Shown here in pieces: positions 17,035 to 25,730 of a DNA stretch of 64,000 nucleotides. How positions within the stretch are numbered: the first letter of the stretch is position 1; every line of letters begins with the position of its first letter. Source of the stretch: Thermoplasmata archaeon. Its GTDB lineage: Archaea > Thermoplasmatota > Thermoplasmata > Lutacidiplasmatales > UBA184. The notes under the pieces are model-generated. The model was not told the origin of the DNA. It made no database searches and saw only the letters and a list, made by a program, of their open reading frames with translations. Location: contig DATGZO010000010.1 of assembly GCA_035297105.1 (NCBI GenBank), positions 1,241 to 65,240 on the forward strand, written 5' to 3'. A program made the position numbers and the translations under genes.

Positions 17035-19007
17035 GGGCCCACGAGGCTCCCCGGGGTGCCCACCACCGTCTCTCGGACTGCCGGGGCGGCCGCGGGGGTC
17101 GCGTACTGCTCTCGCAGCCGTTCGAATCGTCGGGAGGAGAACACGAGCCGACGTCGGGAGGTCTCGGTGCGGAATCCGCGTTCGGGCATGCCTCGGTGCC
17201 GAAGTTTCGAGTTCCGCGCGAGACCGGCGAGCTGCAGATAACCGGCGAGGAACGGAAAGACCACGAGGTTGAGAAGCTGGACCTTCAGGGAGGCCCGCAG
17301 TGGGGCGATAGCTCCCGGCGCGCCGCTGCGGGCACCGTAGAGTCGGGGCAGCTCGGAGCGCATCCAGGGAGCGGATGCGACGAGCCCACGGTAGTAGTCG
17401 TCGCCCCGGAGCATTTGCACCGTGAGCGCCTCTCGAGCGAAGAGGAGGTCGCGGTGGCGGGCGAACTCCGCCGTGACCGGCCCGTCCTCCAGGACGTAAT
17501 TCAAGCACGGGGTCGGCTCGCGCAGGGTGGGGTCGCGTCGCCGTGCGAGAAGCAAAGCGAGGTACGACCGAGCCAGGAACCACCAGAGGGAACCGGAGCG
17601 GGTAACGACGAACAGGTCGAGGTCGTCTCCCGGCCGCGGTTCGCCAAAGGCGACCGAGCCCGTGATCCCCCCGCACCGAACGAGGTCCTGGGCGAACGAA
17701 AGAGGTCCGTCCCACAGCGCCTCGGCCCGCTTCCGGTACTGCCGGGCGCGTTCCATTCGGTCGGCGGCCGGCGTAACGACAGCCGTCGGAGCGAACGCCC
17801 GCTGTCCGTCCAAGCGCGCCAGGCCGGGCCGCTCCTCAAGCCAGGACCGGAGCGCTTCGACGCTCTCGGGTCCGCTGGACGGCAGGAGCTCCCGCAACTG
17901 GCCGAGCGGAACTCCCGTCCCGAACGTGCCGGCGACCGTGAGAAGAGAGGCGACGCGATCCTCAGCAGTGGGGACCTTGGACGAGGCCGCAACAGATCCT
18001 GTCGGACCCGGGGCCTCTCCCATCACGATGGCCGAGGGCGTGCGGATCCGATGCCAGTGAACGTGGTCCGCTCGGGGTGGGAGGCGGTCCCAGATGGCCA
18101 GGGCGTGCGCGGCGAGCTCCCACACCGCGATCCGCGCGAAGTGGGCTAACCCGTCCTCCCGGGCGATCATCCGCCGGAGGATTCGCACCGTCTCGCCGGG
18201 CCTATCGAGGAATTGCCGGGGCACGCTCGATGGGGCGACCCCGAGAATCGAAGCGATCTGTCCGTTCCCGACATGGATCCGGCGGCGCTGGTAAAGGTAG
18301 TCCCGCACCGTGTCAGGGATCTGGATCCGGACGCGCGCGGCGGGACAGTACCATCGGCCGCCCTCGTGCTGAGAAAGCCACACGGCCAGGTAGGCACCAT
18401 CGTTGATGACGCCCTCGGGAATCTGGGGGGTGCTGGCCAAACTGAGCATCAACAGTTCATCGGAGAGGTGGCTCCCCTGTCCCTCGGCCAGGGACTCGGC
18501 GTGGATCTTATGGTGAAGGTCCCACATCCACCGCATCGTGTGCGCCCAGCGGCCGGTCGCCGCCGTGGGGACCACCGGACGCGCCATCACGGCATAGGGG
18601 GCGGCTTTGCCCGCGGCGGTGCGAACCAGCTGATCGACCGCGAGGGGTTCGGCCTTCGCGTCGGAGTTGAGCAGGACAAGGGCATCCCCGGTGGCACGGC
18701 GGAATACCTCGCCGAGGGCTCGCGCCTTTCCACCTCGATCCAGCTCGACCACGAGACGGACCCGCGGATCCTCCCGGGCGAGGGCTTGGGCGACTCCGAC
18801 GGTCCCATCCGTGCACCCGCTCGCCACGACCCAGACCTCTCCCCATGAGACTCCGTCGGGGAGCTCCTGTTCCAGGAGGGATCGCACGGCGGGCCCCAAG
18901 TGGTGTTCCTCGTTGTGGGCCACGATACCAGCTGCCAGATTCCGGGGCCACGTTCCCTCGGCGGGTCCGGCTACCGACCAGGTCCCCGTCACGTGCCCCC
19001 TCCCCAC
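17031..19007 (-). CDS. Fusion protein: N-terminal family-2 glycosyltransferase (GT-A) plus a C-terminal minimal nucleotidyltransferase (pol-beta superfamily)-like domain
   Basis: The GT2 signature is 'GIVAHNEEHHLGPAVRSLL...VVASGCTDGTVGVAQALAREDPRVRLVVELDRGGKARALGEV...ALVLLNSDA'. Near aa 440 'GSVAFGEPRPGDDLDLFVV' matches the nucleotidyltransferase GS-x9-D-x-D motif. Confidence 0.65.
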   Translation of the reverse strand: MGRGHVTGTWSVAGPAEGTWPRNLAAGIVAHNEEHHLGPAVRSLLEQELPDGVSWGEVWVVASGCTDGTVGVAQALAREDPRVRLVVELDRGGKARALGEVFRRATGDALVLLNSDAKAEPLAVDQLVRTAAGKAAPYAVMARPVVPTAATGRWAHTMRWMWDLHHKIHAESLAEGQGSHLSDELLMLSLASTPQIPEGVINDGAYLAVWLSQHEGGRWYCPAARVRIQIPDTVRDYLYQRRRIHVGNGQIASILGVAPSSVPRQFLDRPGETVRILRRMIAREDGLAHFARIAVWELAAHALAIWDRLPPRADHVHWHRIRTPSAIVMGEAPGPTGSVAASSKVPTAEDRVASLLTVAGTFGTGVPLGQLRELLPSSGPESVEALRSWLEERPGLARLDGQRAFAPTAVVTPAADRMERARQYRKRAEALWDGPLSFAQDLVRCGGITGSVAFGEPRPGDDLDLFVVTRSGSLWWFLARSYLALLLARRRDPTLREPTPCLNYVLEDGPVTAEFARHRDLLFAREALTVQMLRGDDYYRGLVASAPWMRSELPRLYGARSGAPGAIAPLRASLKVQLLNLVVFPFLAGYLQLAGLARNSKLRHRGMPERGFRTETSRRRLVFSSRRFERLREQYATPAAAPAVRETVVGTPGSLVGP

Positions 19008-19307
19008 CGACCTAGTTCATGGCACGTCGGCTGGGGAACCGCCGGCCGGTCGAATTGGACCGCGCGAGCGATTCCAGGGTGCGAGCTCGAGGACATCGAT
19101 GGCCCAGAGGAGGGTGGGATTACTCCCGTTTTGGTTCAAACACGGAATTGATTGGTCCAAAGCCGGCGACCCGCCGGGCTCTCGCCGGCGTTGCCTTCGC
19201 ACGGCCGTCTTCGTCCTTGGGACCCCGGCGCCGGCGGAGGTTGACCACGGCGCTCGCGCGTCTCTGCCGCGTCAATTCCGTCGTGGAGTGTCGGGAGGTC
19301 TTCCCTT

Positions 19308-19652
19308 CTATCGAAGGGCCAGTGGGTGCTTCGGCTGATACAGACCCAACGTGCTGCCGCTCGGCAACGTCACCGTGGAAATCGTGCCCCACCCTTGGTC
19401 CGAGGGGGGTGTGCACTTGATTCGCTTCGCCTTGAGTCGTGCCATGGTCCTACGGAGGTCGTCACACATCAGATAGAGTTCGTGCGATCCCTTTCCCTCG
19501 GTCGGGTGGACGGCCAGCTCCGCCGGTGGCAGCGCGAAGATCAGCCAGCCCTCACCGGCGTCCACGTGCGGGAACTTGAGGACGTTCTTGAAGAAGTCCC
19601 GGTCGGCCTCGGCGTTCTTGCTAAACAGGATGACATGAGCTCCGGAGATCAT
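19308..19652 (-). CDS. VOC (glyoxalase/bleomycin-resistance) family protein
   Basis: The 114-aa ORF 'MISGAHVILFSKNAEADRDFFKNVLKFPHVDAGEGWLIFALPPAELAVHPTE...TLGLYQP' fits the VOC fold pattern. Confidence 0.7.
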   Translation of the reverse strand: MISGAHVILFSKNAEADRDFFKNVLKFPHVDAGEGWLIFALPPAELAVHPTEGKGSHELYLMCDDLRRTMARLKAKRIKCTPPSDQGWGTISTVTLPSGSTLGLYQPKHPLALR

Positions 19653-19741
19653 GGGTCGTCGCTACCGGCAACATCGCGCCCGCCATAACAGGCTACGTTC
19701 CGCCGGCGGAACCGGGAACGGACCCCCACCCCAGGTCCTCA

Positions 19742-20098
19742 CTACGCCTGGAGGGCCTGTTCCAATCGGGTCAGGGCCGAACCCGTGATCCCGAAGATGC
19801 GCTTTCCATCCACTCGCATCTGGACGACACCGTCTCGGAAGACCACGATCGAGGGCGTGATCTTGATGCGGAACGTGTCCCACAACGGGTCCTTGAGATC
19901 GGTGATATCCGCGATGGCCAACGTTCCGGGAAGCTTCCCTCGCTCCGCCACCAACTTGGGTATGAACCGGCGGGTGGGCGGACACCAGGTCGCTCCGAAG
20001 CAGACCACATACACTCCGGGGCGATCCTGCCTCTGGTCCGAGAAGTCGGACCTGTGAAGGACCTCCAGTCCTGACGTAGCCCAGGATCGTTGAGCCAT
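19742..20098 (-). CDS. Thioredoxin-fold protein with a monothiol CPPT active-site variant
   Basis: 'VVCFGATWCPPTRRFIPKL' has W-C-P-P-T in place of the canonical W-C-G-P-C. The internal ATG gives 'MAQRSW...'. The upstream extension in the track is not conserved-looking. Confidence 0.55.
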   Translation of the reverse strand: MAQRSWATSGLEVLHRSDFSDQRQDRPGVYVVCFGATWCPPTRRFIPKLVAERGKLPGTLAIADITDLKDPLWDTFRIKITPSIVVFRDGVVQMRVDGKRIFGITGSALTRLEQALQA

Positions 20099-20276
20099 TT
20101 TTGTCCCACTGCTCCGCGGGCGTCCTACCGTCAGGGATTCCTCCCCGTGTATGACTTCTCGCCATCTCCCTTGTAACCGGCCGCGAACGGCGGACCGAGT
20201 CGTCACGAACGATGGATCGACGACGAACGCGGAGCCACGTCATCCCCCCGCTCGCGAGGAGCACGAGGGCAGAGTA

Positions 20277-20675
20277 TCAGGCGGAGAGATAATTGCGGAG
20301 GGGAGTCCAGTACGACTTCTTCCAACCGGGCGACAGGTGTCCCACGTGTTCCTCAGGAACCCCGGAGTGGGTGAACCTCACCCGGGTTCCGCGCGGGCTG
20401 GCCGAAAGGTCGAACCGAACTTTCGACACGTGCCCCTCAGGCCACGTCTTGTCGGTGGGAACCCACGACTGGATGATGGTCTTCCCGGGAACGAGCTTAA
20501 GATTCGTTCCGTGGATGTACCCGCCCCACGCCATGAACTTCCCCCCGACCTTGGGACTGATCCGGGCGCCGGCCCTCGTGAAGCCGCGATGCCCCTTTGA
20601 GGTCATCAGCGCGTCATAGACCTCCCGCGGCGTTCCGGGCAGGACGACGGTCTGGCGGATCGTTCGGAACTTCAT
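20277..20675 (-). CDS. SRPBCC (Aha1/START-like) domain protein
   Basis: The 132-aa ORF 'MKFRTIRQTVVLPGTPREVYDALMTSKGHRGFT...' is typical of Aha1-domain/polyketide-cyclase-like SRPBCC proteins. Confidence 0.7.
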   Translation of the reverse strand: MKFRTIRQTVVLPGTPREVYDALMTSKGHRGFTRAGARISPKVGGKFMAWGGYIHGTNLKLVPGKTIIQSWVPTDKTWPEGHVSKVRFDLSASPRGTRVRFTHSGVPEEHVGHLSPGWKKSYWTPLRNYLSA

Positions 20676-20817
20676 GGCGGATGGATCCGGTGGGGAGTAG
20701 GCTGCCCGACTGATAAGCGGAAGCGGGCCGGCGATCCTCTACCCGTTGAGCTCGGGTCCAAGGGGCTTTAGGCCACCGTTTACCTCGGGCTCACGGGATT
20801 CCCCGGTGAGCGCGCCG

Positions 20818-21273
20818 ATGAAAATGGAACAGGTGGGTCTGCGGGTCACGAACTTCGAACGTTCCTTACGATTCTACACCAAGGCACTGGGTCTCAAGGT
20901 TCGGGCCCGCGGAGATACCCGGGGATGGGGAGGAGGATTGTGGGCCCAGCTGGAGGACCCCCGCTCCCACCGGTTCGTCGAATTGAACTGGTACCCTCGC
21001 GGCTCTCTCTTCGGTTCTCGGTACTCCGTGGGAGATGGGGTGGATCACCTGGATTTCACCGTCGGGGTGGCCCCCGTATCGACCCTCGAGCGCGTGCACG
21101 CCCGCCTTCTGCGACAGGGTGCCCGACCCACTCCCTTCCGGCCCGAGACCACCGGCGGGTGGATGGCCAGTGTTCGAGACCCCGACGGGATCTGGATCAC
21201 CGTGGGGCGCCGACCAACGGCCTCAGAGCGGCGCGCTCTCACGCGTGCGAAGGAAAGGAAGAAGAACCAGTGA
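20818..21273 (+). CDS. VOC (glyoxalase) family protein
   Basis: The internal ATG gives 'MKMEQVGLRVTNFERSLRFYTKALGLKV', with 'DGVDHLDFTV' and 'DPDGIWITV' matching VOC beta-alpha-beta-beta-beta modules. Confidence 0.65.
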   Translation: MKMEQVGLRVTNFERSLRFYTKALGLKVRARGDTRGWGGGLWAQLEDPRSHRFVELNWYPRGSLFGSRYSVGDGVDHLDFTVGVAPVSTLERVHARLLRQGARPTPFRPETTGGWMASVRDPDGIWITVGRRPTASERRALTRAKERKKNQ

Positions 21274-21310
21274 CCCAGGTAGCGCGGGCGGCGGGACGGC
21301 CGTAGCTGCG

Positions 21311-21889
21311 ATGTCGGGGAAGCGGCGTCCCTCCTCCGGCGCCCCTCGGATCACCATTCGTTCGGCGACAAGTCCGGATCAGGTCGAGGTGGCGCGGGCC
21401 CTCTTTCGAGAGTATCGCGAATGGTTGGTGGAACATCGAGAGGTCACGGCGTTCGGGGACGCGATCCTGAGGCGCGGTCTGCAGTACTTCGATCGAGAGA
21501 TCGCCGACCTCCCCGGTGACTATGCCCCTCCCGGGGGAGCGCTCTTCGTTGCCTTCGAGGGCCCGACTGCATTCGGTTGCGCCGCCCTCCGCCGGCAAGG
21601 GCGCGGAGTGGCCGAGTTCAAGCGGCTCTACGTTCGCGCGACGCATCGGGGAACCGGCATGGGTCGACGGCTGACGCGTCGCGCCCTGGAGAGGGCTCGA
21701 CGACTGGGCTACCGACGGGTCGTGCTGGACACCTTGCCCACGATGGTCGCCGCCATTGCCACGTACCGGAAGATGGGTTTCCGGCCGACCGGAAAGTACT
21801 GGCCTCACCCGGTGAAGGATGCCCTCTTCTTCGAGTACCGACTGAATCCGACGAAGAGGGCACGCGGTGCGGTCCGGGCGCACCGTTAG
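21311..21889 (+). CDS. GNAT-family N-acetyltransferase
   Basis: 'GCAALRRQGRGVAEFKRLYVRATHRGTGMGRRLTRRALERARRLGYRRVVLDT' is the acetyl-CoA binding motif A (R/Q-x-x-G-x-G/A). The start is the internal ATG (MSGKRRP). Confidence 0.7.
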   Translation: MSGKRRPSSGAPRITIRSATSPDQVEVARALFREYREWLVEHREVTAFGDAILRRGLQYFDREIADLPGDYAPPGGALFVAFEGPTAFGCAALRRQGRGVAEFKRLYVRATHRGTGMGRRLTRRALERARRLGYRRVVLDTLPTMVAAIATYRKMGFRPTGKYWPHPVKDALFFEYRLNPTKRARGAVRAHR

Positions 21890-21948
21890 ACCCCAGGGTT
21901 CCCGGGAATCCGATCTCCGTTGTCGAGTGCAGCTCACTCCACGTTCTT

Positions 21949-23202
21949 ATGGCCCTCCCGCGTTCGAGACGGGCTGAGATGGGAGCGGACGGGCGTCCCT
22001 CCGACACTTCCGAACCCACTCTCCGCAATCTGACGCTTCCCGCGCTCTCCCGCCACCTTCGGGCGCCCCGCCGGTGGCGCGGTGGGCCGGCGTGGCTCGT
22101 GATGATCGCCGACGTGGACGCGGCCAGCATTCTCACCGCGTTGGCCTCCGGGTCGAGCTACCGGTACGACTTCATCTGGGTCCTGGTCCTGCTCACCCTC
22201 CCACTCTTCTTCATCCAGGAGGCCGCCGGCCGCCTCGGTGCGGTGACCGGAAAGGGGCTGGGAGAACTCGCGCGGCAGGGCTTCCGGCCCCGGGTCGCAG
22301 CGACCGCGGCGGTCTCGATGGCGATCGGGGATGTCGCCACCTACGTTGCCGAATACGCGGGCATCGCTCTCGGCCTCAGCGTCTTCGGGATCCCGCCGAT
22401 CGTCTCCCTTCCCATCGCGTTCGTGGCCCACATCGCCCTGGTCGCGAGGGGACCCTACGCCTGGGTGGAGCGCATCCTCATCGGGATCTCCGCGGGCGTC
22501 GTGATCGCGCTCGCCATCGTCGTGCTCCATCGAGGGCTGCTCCCCTACTCTCCCCTGGGAGTCTCCGGAGCGCCCCCGTTCTTCCTCCTGCTCGCGGCGA
22601 CCGCCGGCGCCGTCGTGATGCCCTTCATGCTGTTCTTCCAGTCGTCCGCGACGGCGGTCAAGCGAACCACCCTCTCGGTCTCCCGGCAGTCGACCCTCGT
22701 GGGGGCGATTGTCAGCGAAATCCTCATGATCGCGGTCGTCATGATCGGGGCCGGTCTAAGCGGTTCCATCGACCTCACTACACGAAGTGGCTTCTCGGCC
22801 GCGCTCTCCGCGGGTCTCGGCACCGACGGGGCCTACGTGATGGGAGCGGGTCTCGTCGCCGCGGCGTTCCTCGCGCTGGTCGTGATCTCGCTCGGAAGTG
22901 CGTGGGGTGTCACCGAGGCGTTTGGACTGTCACCGAAGAGCACGATCTGGATCTACGCCCTCGAGAGCATTCCGGCGGTCTTGGTTCCGCTTTTCGATCC
23001 CCAACTCGTGAGTCTCGTCCTAGCCCTGATGGTAGCCATGGTCTTCATTCTCATCGTCCCGGGCGTCCTAGTAGGCAAGATCGCATCGGATGCTCGAGTG
23101 ATGGGGGCGCAGGCCCTCCGAGGTCTGTGGCGGTGGGCTTTCTGGGCGAGCCTCGGGTTCGTGGTATCCGTGGGTGTCGTCGCGGTCGCTGTCTACGCAT
23201 AG
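21949..23202 (+). CDS. mntH: NRAMP-family divalent metal (Mn/Fe) transporter (MntH-like), with a divergent TM1 motif
   Basis: 'DFIWVLVLLTLPLFFIQEAAGRLGAVTGKGLGEL' aligns to the MntH '[34 protein letters not shown]' region, and about 11 TM helices are predicted. The canonical DPGN is replaced by 'DVDAAS'. The start is taken as the ATG at 21949 (MALPRS), just after the GNAT stop. Confidence 0.65.
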   Translation: MALPRSRRAEMGADGRPSDTSEPTLRNLTLPALSRHLRAPRRWRGGPAWLVMIADVDAASILTALASGSSYRYDFIWVLVLLTLPLFFIQEAAGRLGAVTGKGLGELARQGFRPRVAATAAVSMAIGDVATYVAEYAGIALGLSVFGIPPIVSLPIAFVAHIALVARGPYAWVERILIGISAGVVIALAIVVLHRGLLPYSPLGVSGAPPFFLLLAATAGAVVMPFMLFFQSSATAVKRTTLSVSRQSTLVGAIVSEILMIAVVMIGAGLSGSIDLTTRSGFSAALSAGLGTDGAYVMGAGLVAAAFLALVVISLGSAWGVTEAFGLSPKSTIWIYALESIPAVLVPLFDPQLVSLVLALMVAMVFILIVPGVLVGKIASDARVMGAQALRGLWRWAFWASLGFVVSVGVVAVAVYA

Positions 23203-23244
23203 GCGCGATCTCATTTTCCCCCGGGGCTCTGGACGGGAGGGATC

Positions 23245-23673
23245 ATGGCAGGGTATTCGGGAACCCCCATTCCGAAGAAACTGGGGATACGGCCGGGTTT
23301 CCGGGTCTACCTTTCGAATGAGCCACCCGACCTGCATGTGAGATTACGCGCGGCGATGACCGAATGCGAGCTGATACCGGAACTCGGAAACCCGCTGGAT
23401 TTCGCCATGATCTTCGCCTTGTCGCGGACGGAGCTGGGAAGGTTGCTCCGCCAGGCCGCGGATTGCCTGGTGCCGACCGGCATGGTGTGGGCCGCGTGGC
23501 CGAAGAAGACCTCCGGCGTCCTCACCGACTTGGATGAGCACCAGGTACGCGAGATCGGATTGAGGGTAGGATTGGTGGACGTGAAGGTCTGTGCCATCAC
23601 GGACATCTGGTCGGGGTTAAAGTTCGTTCGAAGATTGACGGATCGGGATCGCCTTGCCCGCGGCACCAGGTAG
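23245..23673 (+). CDS. DUF3052-like hypothetical protein
   Basis: The 142-aa ORF starts 'MAGYSGTPIPKKLGIRPGFRVYL', which is reminiscent of the DUF3052 N-terminus. Recalled from memory. Confidence 0.45.
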   Translation: MAGYSGTPIPKKLGIRPGFRVYLSNEPPDLHVRLRAAMTECELIPELGNPLDFAMIFALSRTELGRLLRQAADCLVPTGMVWAAWPKKTSGVLTDLDEHQVREIGLRVGLVDVKVCAITDIWSGLKFVRRLTDRDRLARGTR

Positions 23674-23862
23674 TGGCCGGCTGCGACCCAGATTCGTGCT
23701 TCTTTATAGACGGAAGAGAGTTTTCCTTCCGCTAGAAGGCGGGAGAGAGTCATGAATTCGGACCATCGACCCCGATTCCACGGGTCGACACGGGGAGCCC
23801 TTCGCTGGGACTCGTGAACCCGAATCCTGATCCTCACGATCCTTCTTCTGGTCGCGGGGTCG

Positions 23863-25224
23863 TTGACCTACATCGCCCTCACTCCGACCTCCCCCACGGC
23901 TCACTCGTCCGGCCCCTCGTCGGCGAGCTGTACGTCGTCCGCGGCCACCTCCATCGCCGACGCCACGGGGACGGGGGTGGACGGAAACTGGTCCACGTAC
24001 CATGGCGACAACTCTCGCGCGGGCGTCGGACCGTCCTCGGCCATCACTTCGGCCTCCCCCGCGTGGGCCGGATCCGTCCGCCTCGACGGACAGGTCTTTG
24101 CGGAACCCCTCGTCTGTGGCAACTCGCTCTTTTTGGCCACCGAGAACAACTCGGTGTACGCCCTGAATGCCGCGACGGGCAGTGTTCTGTGGCGGACCAA
24201 CCTCGGCACTCCGGTCCAGGGATCCACCCTCCCGTGCGGGGACATCGATCCGAGCGGGATCACGGGCACACCGGTGATCGACGGCGCGACCGGAGTCCTC
24301 TACGCGGTGGCGTTCCTGAGCACGGACACCCACGAGCTCTTCGGTCTCAACATCCAAACCGGCAACGTGGTCTCCCACACGGTTGTGGATGCCGTCGGGG
24401 CGGATCCCCACGTCGAGCAGCAGCGCGGAGCCCTCGCCCTGGAGAACGGAATCGTCTACATTCCGTACGGGGGCCTCGCCGGGGATTGCGGCGATTATCA
24501 TGGCTGGGTCGTCGGGGTCAACACGTCCGGGTCCGGTGGCCTCCTCTCCTACCAGGTTCCGACCGGTCGCGAGGGCGGGATCTGGGCCACCGCCGGTATC
24601 TCCTTCGCAGCGAACGGGGATCTCTACGTGGCCACGGGGAACAGTGAGGCGACCACGACGTTCGACTACGGCGATGCCGTCATCGAACTCTCCCCTTCCC
24701 TCCAGGTCGTGAGCTACTTCGCTCCAGCGAACTGGGCCCAGCTGAACTCCGGCGACGTCGACGTGGGCTCTCTCGCGCCGACCGTCCTGCCGACCGGGAA
24801 CCTCTTCCAGGTCGGCAAGGAAGGGGAGGGGTACATCATGTCCGGGACCCAGCTCGGGGGGATCAACGGCCAGATCTTTGAATCGCCGGTCTGCTCCGGC
24901 GCCTACGGCGGGACCGCACGCGTCGGTTCCTCGGTGTTCGTTCCTTGCACCAACGGTATCTTCGAGGTGAACGCCACGACGTCCACGTTCTCGCTCGGGT
25001 GGCACACCGCCAACTTCGATGCGGGTTCCCCCATCGTGACCGGCAACATCCTATGGGCGGTGGACATCTCGAACGCGACGCTGCTCGGGTTCAGCCTGTC
25101 CTCGGGCGAGCAACTCTTCGCCTTCCCCCTGGGAGGGGTGGACCATTTCATCTCCCCGTCGGCCGCCCCGGGGATCGTGTACGTTGCCGGTGGGGACACG
25201 GTGTTCGCCTTCGCCTTGGGCTAG
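23863..25224 (+). CDS. PQQ-like beta-propeller repeat protein (BamB/PQQ-repeat fold), probably exported; the start is problematic
   Basis: Repeated '...VYALNAATGSVLWRTNLG', 'LFGLNIQTGNVV', 'GIVYIPYGG', 'GDLYVATGN', 'GIVYVAGGDTVFAF' motifs are typical of PQQ enzyme repeats. The track start is a TTG. A TM-like 'TRILILTILLLVAGSL' is encoded in-frame just upstream but is separated from an upstream ATG (23752) by a TGA. Confidence 0.55.
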   Translation: MTYIALTPTSPTAHSSGPSSASCTSSAATSIADATGTGVDGNWSTYHGDNSRAGVGPSSAITSASPAWAGSVRLDGQVFAEPLVCGNSLFLATENNSVYALNAATGSVLWRTNLGTPVQGSTLPCGDIDPSGITGTPVIDGATGVLYAVAFLSTDTHELFGLNIQTGNVVSHTVVDAVGADPHVEQQRGALALENGIVYIPYGGLAGDCGDYHGWVVGVNTSGSGGLLSYQVPTGREGGIWATAGISFAANGDLYVATGNSEATTTFDYGDAVIELSPSLQVVSYFAPANWAQLNSGDVDVGSLAPTVLPTGNLFQVGKEGEGYIMSGTQLGGINGQIFESPVCSGAYGGTARVGSSVFVPCTNGIFEVNATTSTFSLGWHTANFDAGSPIVTGNILWAVDISNATLLGFSLSSGEQLFAFPLGGVDHFISPSAAPGIVYVAGGDTVFAFALG

Positions 25225-25287
25225 CGCCCGAACGTGGGTGCAATACGGTGCGCACCGATCGATCCCGACGGCCGCTACCGGTCTACG

Positions 25288-25596
25288 CTAGCCCTTCTCG
25301 ATCCGTCCCGTTCGACCGAGAGAGATCTGGGGCCGGCCGTTGTAGTCCTTGACCCAACCTTCGACCACACGGACCTGGTCCCCTTCCGCGACCAGCTCCA
25401 CCTCGTCGCCCCACAGGACGAGGGAGATCTCTCCCGTGCCGTCCTTGAGCAGGGCGTTCCGCACCTTCTTGCGACCCCCCGTCCGGGGTTCGATCTCACG
25501 GATGGCCTCCAGCTTGGCGACCGTGGCCTCGAAGGTAGCGACGCGCCCCGGTCGAAGGTCCGAGATGAACGTCTTGGGAGGCGCGCCGATCGACAT
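25288..25596 (-). CDS. Small OB-fold (RPA/SSB-like) protein; paralog of 42734..43021
   Basis: 'ALLKDGTGEISLVLWGDEVELVAEGDQVRVVEGWVKDYNGRPQISLGRTGRI' is closely similar to 'ATLQDETGTTTLTLWGDDIQKYTVGQKVQITDGWVKDFRGKLQVSMGRSGKI' in the paralog. The pattern resembles OB-fold nucleic-acid-binding domains. Confidence 0.5.
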   Translation of the reverse strand: MSIGAPPKTFISDLRPGRVATFEATVAKLEAIREIEPRTGGRKKVRNALLKDGTGEISLVLWGDEVELVAEGDQVRVVEGWVKDYNGRPQISLGRTGRIEKG

Positions 25597-25730
25597 CGAA
25601 CCACCCAACCCCCGGAAGGGAAAACCCCACCGGTTCGGCCGAGCCGGGAGGAGCCGGGCGAACCTGCGCCACGGGACGACGGGGAGTTCCGACCGCCTAG
25701 GGCGGGATGCCGCAGACTCCCGCTCCGGTC

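Noticed and set aside
16486-17715. ORFs 16486..17241 (+) and the upstream two-thirds of 16606..17715 (-)
   Set aside because: Only the last 142 codons of the minus ORF (from the ATG overlapping the GT2 stop) look protein-like. The rest overlaps the GT2-NTase gene in another frame.
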